Shown here piece after piece: positions 1-12,600 of a DNA stretch of 64,000 nucleotides (position 1 is the first letter of the stretch; each line of letters begins with the position of its first letter). The stretch lies in NCBI GenBank assembly GCA_036172245.1, contig JAYWIR010000086.1, forward strand, positions 186,001 to 250,000, written 5' to 3'. Source of the stretch: Raillietiella orientalis. Lineage: Eukaryota. Under the pieces are notes generated by a model. The model saw only the letters and a program-made list of their open reading frames with translations, was not told the origin of the DNA and made no database searches. The translations under genes were made by a program, and so were the position numbers.

Positions 1-2863
1 CTTGATGATATGGTCTCTGTGCTGCAAAAGAAATGTGAGGCACATAAAAATTAGGAATGGATTGCCACCCCCAAATCTGTCAGGAGAAGGTAAAGGAAAC
101 CCTTTTTCATGATTGGAATGATGATGTTGGGCCAACGATCCATTGCATGAGTTCCAAAATTTGCCATTACATGCAACTACATTAATGGATGGTGGCTCCT
201 TTGACCAACAGGCAGACTGAGTTAAGTCTACTGTCATGCTATTATCAGAAGATTCAGCGAATTTATCTTCAGTGCTAGACAAATCAGAATAATGGGGTAT
301 CTTGACTGTGGAAGAGCAGTAAGGTTCTAATGAATTCTCAGCATTTGCAGTCTTGCTGCAAGATGCACGGAAAAAATGAATGTCAGGGCATCCATCCTTA
401 GCCACAAATTCTTCAGTATTGGATGTGAATGCATCAATACCCAAAGCATTTGAACAGGAAAGAGAGCTGCAAGCATTACTTGCTGAATTTAGAGTTTGTG
501 CCACATCTTTAGAATCACATGCTTTTTCAGGCATGTTTGTTGGTGATTTCTGGTTTCCACATGAGATAAGATTACATGTTTCTCCATTTTTTGAAATGTG
601 ATTTGAACTAATCTTGCATGTCCAATTTGTGTTTACATGATCATCTGTTTCACTAACTTTGCCAAGGTCACAACTGCTGCCTGACTTTACATCTTGAGGC
701 TTAAGTGCTGGCAAAAATTCAAATGCATCTTCAGGATGTGCTGCATTGCTCAGAACCATGTGAGCAACCGATCCAAGCAATCGATCAGAGATTTCCTCTG
801 CAGGACATGGGCTGGATTGTGTTTGTGATTCTGACAAACAATGGGAAGAATCATTGTACCACAAGACTTTGGCATGGCTTTGTTGTTGATCAGTTTTCAG
901 CATAGTGCTACTATGAGAAAATTCAGTTTCATACAGGGGTAACTCTTGCTGCCGGACACAAGCTGCTATTGAACTCCACTGAACCTCCAGCATCAACAGA
1001 GTATCTTCAAAAGAAAATTCCCGTTTCATTTCTAATAGCAGCCATCGGTAGCAAAAAAGCAAATCATGAGCCTAAGGAATTAATCAAGAACTGCCCTGTT
1101 AATTCGTGAATACCTGATGGGAATACAAATATTCATAGAAGATGGGATCATAAAGCATTAAACTGTGTCTCAGGTGCTGAAACTTTAAACTCATTGCTTC
1201 ACCATCAGGCTGGAAGTTAGGTTTGATGCGTTCCATAAGAGCACAGAAACAAATATATGTTGGTGCTTCTTCTTTCATGACTACCATGATAGGTGATGCC
1301 ATATCTGACATACCTTGGCAGTAACCCACTGATGGATGATTCAGGGCATAGCTAGATTTTTTGATGGACTTGCATTCAAAACCAAATCCTTATCTCACTT
1401 ACGTTGTTAGCACATTAAACAAGGCTAATGAATTGTGATTGTCATCACTTCCAGCATAGAAAGGATGCAGTCGGTCAGTACGAACAACGTCTTTGTGCAC
1501 CATATTTGATACAGTCTGAATATGTTGATGTTGCTGCATCCACAACAGAGAAAATGCAAGTGCGTACATTAAATTCTTACAGTGCTTTTCATCAGGCTCA
1601 TCCAGTTATTTTTCAGCTGCAAGTATTCACGTGACTTGCGCTTTATATATGCTACCCTTTCATGGGCATCCAAACCTTCAGGGTACACATTTAAGATGTG
1701 CTTCCAAATGACCTTTCTGTACATGTTAAATGCATGAGACTGGGTTATTGCAAACAGGAACTGACCGCAGATTTGGAGACACTCCACCACAAAACACATG
1801 GAATCTCAACTTTCCAGGTTCTATAAGATGTCCATTAGCATCCAGATAAGTGTGGAATTCATTGCCACAAAGGGGCAAATGATTCAAATATACGCAATTT
1901 GGGTATTTATCCTTAAAGGAGAGCACTTTCTGCATTTTCAAAAGTGTTTTTCCCATCTTCAAAACAAAAAAGGTAACCCATATTACAAGATGAATTAATT
2001 ACCTGGCTGCAAATTTTCTTGTGGAATTTACGCAAATTTTGCTTGTCGGCAACATGAAAGCATGGAATTTGAAAGGTTGGCATGCCATTCCACCCATCTT
2101 CTGCTGTTTCTTCTAAATGTAACGCCTGTTGACTAATTTCCAGTTTCAAGAATGGTCTTGAAGCGCTAGAAAGTTCACATACATAGCCATATTTAATCCA
2201 TATTTACAACCATGTTTTCACTGAGGACAAAACAGATCTTACCAAAGAAAAGCTGCCACTAAATCACTGTCAGAGAGCAAAGATATGCAAATCTCCTGTC
2301 CATCATCATCAACAGCTATATAACTTATTGTAAAAGACCTAAAGCATTTTAATTTAGGCAGATGTCAAAATAGATACTCAACTGCAAGTTTGCAACATAA
2401 CAATATATTCTCTCTCTCTAACTCTCAATTTTTTTTTTGTTTTCAAGATGAAGATATAATCAAAGGTACATATCTGATTTACACGCACTTATAAAAAAGT
2501 TTAAGCAATGGTAGCCAAAGGGATAAACAGGAATGTGGGTATGGGAACCTACTATGAATAGGTATGTTTTTATTCCCATCTTTACCGCATCGGCTGAAAT
2601 CTGAATTCACTTCATACTTAAGTTTAAATGCAATACAGAACAAATCTAATAATTTACTGTTTCAGATCAAATGCCTTTGAAATCAAATTTCGAAGAATGC
2701 TCAGATCTGTCAGTTCTGGGTCTATGCTGAACTGCCTTACATCGTTCGGGAGATTCGAATCCTGTTTCCAAAAGGCAAAAGTGCAAATTACGTGCATTTC
2801 CACGCATTCTTTACTGACCTTCACTTTGACCCTGATGGCATCACAGCCTGCTATGTGAAACAT
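1..2863 (-). CDS. TBC1D25: TBC1 domain family member 25 (Rab GAP), 3' end outside the window
   Basis: Exons with GT-AG boundaries and consistent phase: 2863-2819, 2761-2658, 2338-2243, 2165-2003, 1956-1766, 1716-1581, 1533-1403, 1351-1114, 1071-1 (open to the edge). N-terminus IRVKVK..DVRQFSIDPELTDLSILRNLISKAFDL; TBC motifs KDVVRTDR (R-finger), GYCQGMSD (Q-finger) and LLFCYRWLLLEMKREF; C-terminal FGGGNPFLIFMCLTFLLQHRDHI is typical of TBC1D25. Confidence 0.93.
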
Positions 2864-2989
2864 TTCACGGGAATGTGTGGCTTTTTTTTTTTTCTTTCGT
2901 ACGAACACGGGGGGAGGGGGAGCGACGGTCACGGGAACATGGTGTCGTGAAAACACACGAGTGGCCCCCTTCCGATTTCACAGCTCAGC

Positions 2990-5396
2990 AGCCAGCAGTC
3001 GCACGGAGGGAGGAGACCTTGCAGTTTTGGCATTTTCCTTCGGCGCTGGAGAATCCAGCCCAACTTGCCCAGGCTCCCCGGCACCTCGGTGTCCACAAGG
3101 CCGTACGTACGTGGTCGGGTTGTGCCACTCTTCCGCTCGAAACACCACCGTGCACGCGCGGGTGCCAGCTGTGCAGCAGCTGCTGCGGTCCACCCCGCCG
3201 GCTCGGCGCCGAGGGTGGCTGGCGTGGCAGGCGACCCCGCCTCCAAAGGTGCACCGCCGGACGCACTCCGGGAGAGCTTTACGCAAAATCACGTACACCC
3301 CGTCACAGCGCACATCCGGACGATGTGCTCACGGCAAACGCGTATTCCGGCATCCCGAATCCGGACGTACGACGTCGTGTACAAACGAGTCGGTCTGTCC
3401 GCAAGCTGCCCAGCTGTTGCACCCGCAGCGAGGGTGTCCGTCTCCCGCGTCTACTCTCCGGAACACCGCTTTGCGACCCGGAGGATCCCGTAGGGATCTT
3501 CCAAGAAGTCGAAACACCTTCCGACAGGACACGTGTTCGAAATCGCCGGGACAGCGGGTCCCGGTTGGCACCACAAGAATAAGCCGCCTGCCGTGTTCCT
3601 TCCTCCTTCCCGTCCTGAAGGTGCACACGTCCGTGAGCACTTATATTTTACACACGTGTCTGGGATAAGGCTGCTGTGCGTTTTCCTTTTACACCGCTGG
3701 CACATAGAGGAGAAACCTTTGCAGGGTGACGGGCGGATCAAACAAGCGGAAGCATTCGCAACAACACTTTCAGGGATGAAGACGAAAGTTTTCCTGGAGA
3801 ACACGTGAACGAGCAACGCCTCACGGGTGCCCACCGCCAACGCCTTTCCAAATACTCATCGCACACCGCGGAAGGAAGCTGAGGTCAGGAAATGTGCGAA
3901 AAAGCAGGGCTTCGCTTTCAAACCTTCGAAGCTCTCGCGTATTGGGAGTACGATCTTCAACACGGAAGCATTCCTATTCGTCTGACTGCACTCAACTCAT
4001 AAAGTGCAACGTGGATTTCATTTCCTGCACCGACCCACGGAGTGCTGTTCTCCACCTTACCACTCCAGGCTGCTAACTCCTCGCATGTGCTCGCCCGTGT
4101 CCAAGCCTGGAAAAACATTCCACCAGTCTCCAGCTTTCGTCACGCATGCACCTAATGCATGCACACACTTCTTCGAACGAATGCCCCCCTTTCCAAAAAG
4201 TGTACTGAACTGACAAGAGATTACCTCGCACAAGAGGGAAAACCATATTTCCTAAAGAAAAGCTAAAAAATAAAATGGGAACCCCCAGAGAATATGAGGA
4301 GACTGAAGCAGCGGAGGAATGAGCACGTGGTGAAACTTTTGCAGCAAAAGTTCCATAATGCAGGGATGATAAAAAACGAAAAAAAAAATAGGAATAGGCT
4401 TTCGAGTTGCAAGCAATATTAATTCGTCATATAATGCTACAGACCTTCTAAATAAGGGAACCACTTGAAATACGGTGCTGATCTTTGTTTGATCACCAGA
4501 CTTTTGCAAGAAGCTGCATTTTTCTGCATCTTGCAAGCATCGAACATCCGGAAAGTTTCCAAATCGAGTCGCCAAATTCAACTGCCTTTTTGGATTGAAT
4601 GAGGTTGCTACTGTGTGAAATCACGATTCAAAACAGCACTTGAAACTTTTCTTAAAACTCATTTATCCTGAATTTCGGATTTTATCATTCTGAACAGAGT
4701 AAACACATATATGGACACTTTTCAAACCAGAAGAGGCAGTTCTTTCTTACGGCGGTTAGAACTGAAGGTGGAAGTGTTTCGTTTCCCCGGGATGAGATCA
4801 TTTGCCTAATGAAACGTATCTGTGTTTCTGAAGACGGGAACAAAGTATGTGCTTAGCCGTAAAACTGGAGCACCCCATTATCTTTCGGATAATTGTAATA
4901 CTTCAGCCTAGGAGCCAGTGGATCCTAAGGACCGAATGCACCGACTGCGTGCAACGTTCAAACAAACTTCCGGTCAGTTCGAAAGCCGACCTGACCACTT
5001 TGAGCAACGGCGACCGAATCGGCAGGGAGGCAGCAAGCAGCTGAAGAGGGAAAGATGGGACGTCTTTGCGCGGAACTGCCCTAAGGGGCCCGTGCAAAAT
5101 ACCGGCGACAGCGCAATTGTAAGCAACTTGCCACGGAAATGGAAGCAGCCAACAGCAACGGAAAGGAGAAAGGGCTTCCAAGAACGGCAAAAGAGTACAC
5201 GACCTCCGGGGTAAAGCCCTCGGGACAGGCCAAGCGCACTCCACGTACGACATCGCCAGCAGACTTGCGACATGTGAATTCCCACCGGATTGCTTTCGCT
5301 ACGTTCACCACGAAAATTAGCACACCGCCTGTCGGTCTGGGAAAACTCCCAATTATCCTCCGTGGCGTCCGGGGGGGGGATTCCAGTTGGGCCTAA
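2990..5396 (+). pseudogene. Possible heavily decayed PPIL2/Cyp60-like (U-box + cyclophilin) relic
   Basis: Only weak, frameshifted peptide echoes, but in colinear order: PLETPPCT (~3135), ESFTQNH (~3275), TANAYS (~3330), LLSGTPL (~3450), EHVVKLLQQKFHN (~4321), VDP (~4918), GLGK (~5335), GGDSSW (~5375; cf. PPIL2 C-terminal FGDFSSW). No intact ORF. Confidence 0.22.
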
Positions 5397-5803
5397 GACG
5401 AAAGCTGCTGGGATGGCCTGAAGAATGCACGGAAATGCTTAGCACACTCGTGCTGAATCTGAACATGACCGACTTGCACCAAAGTTCCGTATTGTGTAAA
5501 AACTCGAACGAAAACGACATAAACCGCTTTTCCTGATATACTCTGACAAATGCCATTAAAGAAAAGTCGTTGAGACCATGAGCTCTTTTGGGCATTATGG
5601 ATCCTACAGAATGCCATGCATACTATTGACACTGTAGAAGATAACTATGAGCTGGGTCTAACAGTATAGTATAGATTTATTTGTTGTGCAATGAATGTAT
5701 CAGTGTCACTTTGCCACATGGAAAAAGCAAATCATAAGAAGCTTTAGGTACATATTTATCTTTGCATTTCTCTGGATACCTTTAGATTTCTAGTTTGTGT
5801 AAG

Positions 5804-8087
5804 TTACGACTTCATTTTTATTGTTTTCTTTCTACTTTTCACTGACTTTTGTTGTTCTCTTCTGTATTTCAATTTCTCTTCCTGAACAGGATAGAAACTG
5901 CAAAAGCAAGTAAGTAGAACAGTACTAACCTTGAGGGTTTCACATAACTGCTGCAAGCAACGCTGATACAAGGGTTTTCGCTCTTTCCAGTCTATATGAG
6001 GTACTTCGTCAGCTGTCATGTTCTCTTTATTCAACTCTTTCAACAAACTGAGAAAATGATGGATCTTAATGCAACAAATGAACTACTGAAGTTGCAAACT
6101 GAATTTACCTCATGATTACAAACCATAGTAACAGCACATCCAGATCTACCAGCACGTGCTGTCCGTCCCACACGATGTATGTAAGTTTTGGGATGGTTAG
6201 GGATATCATAAGAGACAACCCACTTAACATTGTCTATATCCATTCCTCTAGCCATTGCATCCGTACACACTAATCTAGCAAGCTAAACATATGATTGATT
6301 ATTCATAGCTGCTCTTACATATTCAGCTGACCACTTGAAAATAACTTTAACACCTGATTTCTTTCCTGGGAACTTAACCTTGACGAAAATTCTTTGACTT
6401 GAATCCCACCAAGAGCATTCAGCAATAAGTACAATCTGTGTGTGTTTTGCAAAGAGTGAGTAAAGCAAAGCACATTGGTCCAAGCTCCAGATTTTAATTG
6501 TTCATGTAATACTAGAGGTTTCATTTTAGGTTCACATACAACATATGATTCCCTCAAAGCAGAAGAGGTAATAAAGAGTGATGAATCTACAATCTGTTCC
6601 TCTGTGAAGCAAAAATTCATACCCATATCTATTTCCATGATAAATATCAAACTTACGTTGCTGAGCTGCTTTAATAGCTTTAAACAACACTGGTTCAAAT
6701 AAATCCAACTGCTGAAGTTTTTCTGGGTTATATGTAAGGGTGGCAGAAAACAACAGTTTTTGAGGAGGATTCTTATATTCTTTCATTGCATAAGCAGTCA
6801 GTGGATAATCAGCTACACCGAAAAAAGGGATCACTTGCATTTTTCTAGCATTTCAACATACCAATACCAATTTTTTCTTCTAATTGCTTGAACCAATTGT
6901 TTTTTATTTCTTGGAGCATTCTATCAGCTTCATCTATGACAATAAATTGCAGTTCACTGAAGTCCAGTTCTGAAGTCATTTGCAGATGATCTACCAGTCG
7001 TCCTGGAGTAGCCACAAGGATATCAGTTCTACAAAAAATTTTTCCATTTGCTAGAACAGATTTTTCTGGAAATTATCTTTGCAATTAAAGTCTTACTCTT
7101 GAAAATCAACTTCTTCTGTTCTTCTGCAAATGATGTTCTACCACCAACTATTTGAACTTTCAAATCTGTACTTTGGCAGTAGGTTTCAAAGACTGAATAA
7201 ACTTGCTGAGCTAATTCTTGTACAGGAAGAATTACCAATGCTGAAATCTTGCATATGGCTCTTCCTTTCAAAAGCTAAATTGTCAAAATGTGTGATCAGT
7301 TGTTTCACTTTTTTCTCGAATGATCAGCTGAAATATAATTGTTTTACTAAGGATAGCTACCTGAATTATTGGTAAAACAAATGCTAATGTTTTTCCACTG
7401 CCAGTGGGTGAACAAATGCATGCATCAGGAGGTCTATAATTCCAATGCTGATTTGCATGTATTAGCCATGGGATAAATTTTTCTTGAACTGAGATTTGAA
7501 GAATGTAAATTAAGGTTATCATTAGACCCATATCCAACTCATATAAATACAAATTTATGATAACAACATTTCTGAACTAGTAAATTTCCCAAGTACCAAA
7601 TCCTTATATGCTATCTCGAGTCTTTTTTTTTTTCTCATTTGGTATTATGAAATGTAGAGAAAACAAGTCTTTCTCAATGACTGGATTGCAGAACTTTGCA
7701 AACAAATTTCTGACCAACCAAGGCATTTTTGTCAGATGTGAATTGCACATAACAAAGCGGATTATACTACCGAAGTTACATTTTTTAAACTCACGGAAAA
7801 TTCAGTTAGCCACACCAGCAATACCTGGAAAAGACGCAGCAATGCCATTTTTGGCAAGGGATGTTTTCAAAACTCCGTCAAGATATGGCAGTTCATCTAT
7901 GCTATTGGAGCTGCTTTTCAAATTCTCTTCGATAAGTATTGGCGAACTAAACCAGTCGGGAAATACTTGTGATATCTTACTGAAATGAGCATCTCGTTCC
8001 CAAATGCAGTCTTACATTTTTTCTAAATTTCTGCTGAGGCTGTTCTAAAACAGTGAAATTTCCCACTTCCTTTATGTTGTTTATCAT
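5804..8087 (-). CDS. DDX51: ATP-dependent DEAD-box RNA helicase DDX51 (Dbp6/Dbp73D)
   Basis: Exons 8087-8016 (start uncertain), 7975-7825, 7488-7361, 7274-7097, 7050-6862, 6812-6657, 6601-6319, 6274-6109, 6064-5930, 5881-5804. Motifs [61 protein letters not shown]51-specific [27 protein letters not shown]. Minus-strand AATAAA near 5676-5681. Confidence 0.92.
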
Positions 8088-9628
8088 TGCCCATGAGGCT
8101 GTGTCGTAACGCTTCTATATTCCATAGAAATGACCATTTTCCAGCAGCAATCAAAAGCAAACCACTCCGTGAAGAATCCACAAGGTACCAGCACAGTGAT
8201 CCCAAATATACTTCTTTTTAAATCGTTGTTCCATATTTGAAATATGTGTTATGTTTGAAAAATGAGAGAAGAAACACATTTCCTTTCCAAGTGCCCAATA
8301 AAGCTTGGGAGTTTATTTTCAACACATGAAAATTTTACTACATCGAAGAAATTTGTGAGAGATCGATCTTTTTGAAATGGATTTGAAAGTATAAGCAGTG
8401 CACTATTTCTGCTTTTTATTATTTGTTATACTTATTATTACTTGGAAGGCAATTGTTTTAAGTAAGAGAGAGAATCAAAAATATATATATACATATTTAC
8501 TCTGTTCAGAATGATAAAATTCAAAATCCAGGATAAATAAGTTTTAAGAAAAGTTTCAAGTGCTGTTTTGAATCATGATTTCATACAGTAAGGGAAGGGA
8601 ATCCTTCCCTGAAAGACCAAAGCGTTGGGTTACGTCCAACCGAGATGTGGGACTGAGAGCAAGGATACATAGTTACAGGACTTGTTTTGGCATTTGGTAA
8701 TCGAATGTGGGAATAAGGAAACCGAAACCGGTTCGTCCCAAAGGTTTCGGGAGAATATGAAAAGGAATTTGTGCTGTTCTCTTCCATTTTATTCCTTGCT
8801 TACGGCTATAAATTTGTGAACTTCGAATGAAACGTAGGGCATTTAATAAACAAGAAGCAGCTTCCAAGATATAAAAAAAATAGGGACCTTTTTTCTTACA
8901 GGATGGTCACAATACGAGAAATGAGAACACTATTCTATGAAACTGCAGCTGACGACATGGTAGTGCATTTATCGATATTGATACCACAGTGCGAGATCCT
9001 TCCAGCAGAGGATGCAATACTGTCTCTGAGATCTTGCGTTCGTGACACTCGAGTGAGGAAAATTGCTACATTTCTATCTTGAACACGAATATATTTGAAT
9101 AATACCAAGTACACTTGGAAGTTAGGCATCAAATTAATCACTTCCTAATCCATTTTCTGAACAGTTTGTGTTCATAATATGCTAAAAGATCGTATTTGTC
9201 TTACTCAAGAAAGCTTCATTTTCTCCTTTTTGTAAATTTTCGTATTACTTCATTGGATTTTTCTCACTAATTGAACCTTGAAGGAGATTTGCATGCCACT
9301 ATGAGTTTCGTCGTTGTTGTAAACCAGATACAGGGAAAAATTTGACGGAGAAGCATCTTTAATACTTCAAGTTTTGAAGGCAAAACTGATGTACTAACCA
9401 GTGTGAAAAAAGAAGTTGTATGATGGGAACGAGTAGAAGAAAAATTTTCTACGAGGGAATACATGAGCAGGTAAACGAAGTTTCCTCTATCAAGACATCT
9501 CAGATCCAAGACTCAAGAGTGCGATGCCGTCGTGTCCAAGTCCCGACCCCTCTTCCGAAATACGTTCACCATAGTTAGTCCATTGTCCTCAGATTGCGAC
9601 TGTGTATTTCTGATATCTTAACATATAA

Positions 9629-12600
9629 TCAGACTGGTGGTCCGTCCTGCCAGGAGACCACCTTAGAGAGAGTCGTAATCCCCTCAACCTCCGGAAAACA
9701 GACCCTCGCGGAGGTACGTTCGCACGCTTCCGGTCTATCATCCTGCGGTGCATCGCTCTGCTTGTTTTCCGGAGAGCAGAAATGGTTCCTGACCTCCCCG
9801 TTCTTCGGATGTTGCATTGCCAAGGAAAAGGAGTCGTTGATGGAGTTTCTGGAGAATGGACTCGCCCTCTCTTTGAAAAAGCGACTCCTCTTACAAAGCC
9901 GGCGTTCGGCCTCTCCATGCTTGTGGGCGGCAGTTACGAGGTCACGAAGACCACAGGCAGTGGTACACGTGTCACGGTGTGACAGGAGACGATGAGCGGC
10001 GGGGTTGGAGAGTTGGAACCAGAGTCCTTGCTTGTCGTGGGTGATCCCACGCTCAACTTTTCCCACGTTGTTTCCCGGAGTTTCTTTCTCCCTCGGGAGT
10101 AACCGTTCCTCTATGCGCTGTCCACGACCGAGGAAGCATCTCCTTCTATCGGACGTGGTGAGCTCTTCTGGAGGTCTCGTATCCCTCCAGCTGCTATGAG
10201 ATCCAGCATTGATCTCTGTGTTTCCCGTTTCGACGTGGATGCCCGTTCCTCCTTTTTCTCCCCCAGTCCTCAGTGCCAGTAAGTCCATTCCATTCACCTG
10301 TCCCCACCCATCCTCGCGGTGCTGTAGCATCCACGGATACAGCGAGGAGGACGAGGGAGAGTTGAGCTCATGGTCGTTCTCCGTGGTTACCCTGCACCAG
10401 GAAGGAGGAAATCCTATGGGATTCTGCACCCCACTACCTCCCTGGACTCACAGGTCAAAGATCTGCTCTTTCCATATAAGAGACCTTAGCTGGTCAGCGG
10501 TGCACTTCTTCTCCTGGAACGTCTGAATGACCAGCTTTCCAGCCCTCTGAAACACCACGGAGTTTAAGAGAAAAACAAACAAACAAACTCGCGGGTCAAT
10601 CTGGGAGGACGCATTCGGTACCGTTCATACGCGGGCGGCTTCGCAGGGAAGGACTGGAAAGAAGAGGAGGAAGGGAAGAGGGAGAAAGAGTGCTTGCAGC
10701 CTTGTGAGCAGTTTCCAGACGCGTATCCATGCATCCTCTCTCAAGAATCGAGCGGAAGGGACCTCAACGCACCTTCCAGTTAAGCAGCGCTCCTTTGCGT
10801 TGCTTCGCCCTCGTCTTTTTCTTGCTGACGATGATGAGAAGCCTCATGGTCTCCATCCCATCGCTTTCCTCTCCTAGGTTGATGGAGTAGGCCTTGAGCG
10901 TCTCCTTCGCCTCCGCCTTCGTCATGGACCTCTCCAGCTCGATGACGATGTTGGCCCACTGGAGAGAAACGGATGGTGGAGTGGTCACTCTGGAGAGGAG
11001 GAGGTGGAGTAGGCGGTGAAGGAGAGGAGCGAGTTAGGGAACAGGACGGAGATTCGACCCCTCCCCCGGCCCCGGAGTGTCCTCCTGCACGCTCACCTGG
11101 CGCATCCACTCCTTCTCGCTGCGCTCGGTGACGGTGGCGTAGGTGTTCCCCATCATCGCGATGAACATGTTCAGGAGAAGGATGACCACCAGGATGAAGA
11201 AGGACGCGAAGACGATCAGCGTCAGGTTGGGGTAGGAGCTGCTCTCCAGGCTGGAGTACTGCAACGCACGGGATGCTCGCGGGACGGCGGAAGGGGCAAG
11301 TGCGGGAGGGAGGACCTCCGCCTTCTCTTCCCGGAAGAAAAGGCATTGGCTCCCTCTTCCGGGAATCTGGGTGTCCGGGGTCTGCTAGTGCCGCGGAGAT
11401 GCGTCCGGGACCCTCTTTGGAGGGGCGACAAAGCCTCCGGAAGACGGAGACCGGAAAGCGAATCGATGGGAAGGTGCAAGGGGAAGGATTCCGGGTCAGC
11501 GGGCAAGGAAGATGAGGAGAGGAAGCGGTCCGGGACGTGGCGGACTGCACCTCAACCAGCAGGCCTTCCCTCTTCCAGAGTCTGTTCCCTCCGGGAGCCT
11601 CGGCATCCCTCCCAAAGGCCGCAAGATCGCGCACGGTAGATGGCAGGCTTGGGAGGGGACCCCTGGCCCTCCCGATAGTTCCTCATTTCTAGAGGCCGTC
11701 CGAAGGATGCCTCCCGGTTGCAACTTTCAGGTTTTTTCCGCGGATCCTGACCGACAGTCCTCCTGTCTCTCCAGGCGAGCGAAGGGAAACTGAGACGGTA
11801 AGGGGAGGGGGTAGCAGACGGTACCGATATCCAAGGTCATCGCGGACGACACGAAGGCACGCGCTGGCCGAGGATGGAACGCCCTCCCTTCGGATGGATC
11901 GCGAGAGGGATGCACTCCAGTCCCAGGGAGGGGGAGGAGTCGGCATCACGAAAGGGCACTCGGGGAAAGACGGAAAGACGTCCATCTCCAGGCGCGGCCC
12001 AAGAGGAAGAGATGGCGTTGGCGCTCCGGTTGCTGCACGCACTTCTGGGTAGGCTATAGACAACGGCGTGGAGCCTCGTGGTGGGACAGCGCATGTTTCC
12101 ATGGAATTCAGTCGACTCCCACCCCCCTTTCCCGCACACGAGACCCGTCCCTGAATCTGCCTTCCAACCTGGGTGGTGGTGGTCCATCGGGTCGCGTAGG
12201 CGATGGGGGCGAGGAGAAGAAGTGATACCGACCGAGGAGGGAGTCAGGTGGTTGGAATGGCCGGGTCGTCCAGCAGGGAGGCAGAAAGGGAGGAAGGAGA
12301 AATAAGTGGTTCCCGCCGGGAGACGAGCGTTGGCAGGAAGAGCAAGTGGGGTAAGGGACGCGTGGATCAAGGTCTAAAAGAAGGGTCATCGTCTCCTCGG
12401 AGGGGCCTGTCGTTGTTTCCTTCCGTCGAAGGGGAGGGGAGAGGGAAGATGAGGAGGGAAAGAATGAGAAAAAGAGGAGGTGGGAGAGGAAAAAAGGGAG
12501 GACAGGGAGGAGGAAAGGAGGAAGGAATGAGGAAGCGAGGAGGGAGAGGAAAAAAAAGAAGAGTGCAGAGGAAAGGAAGAGTCCACCCAGCGCAGGCGCG

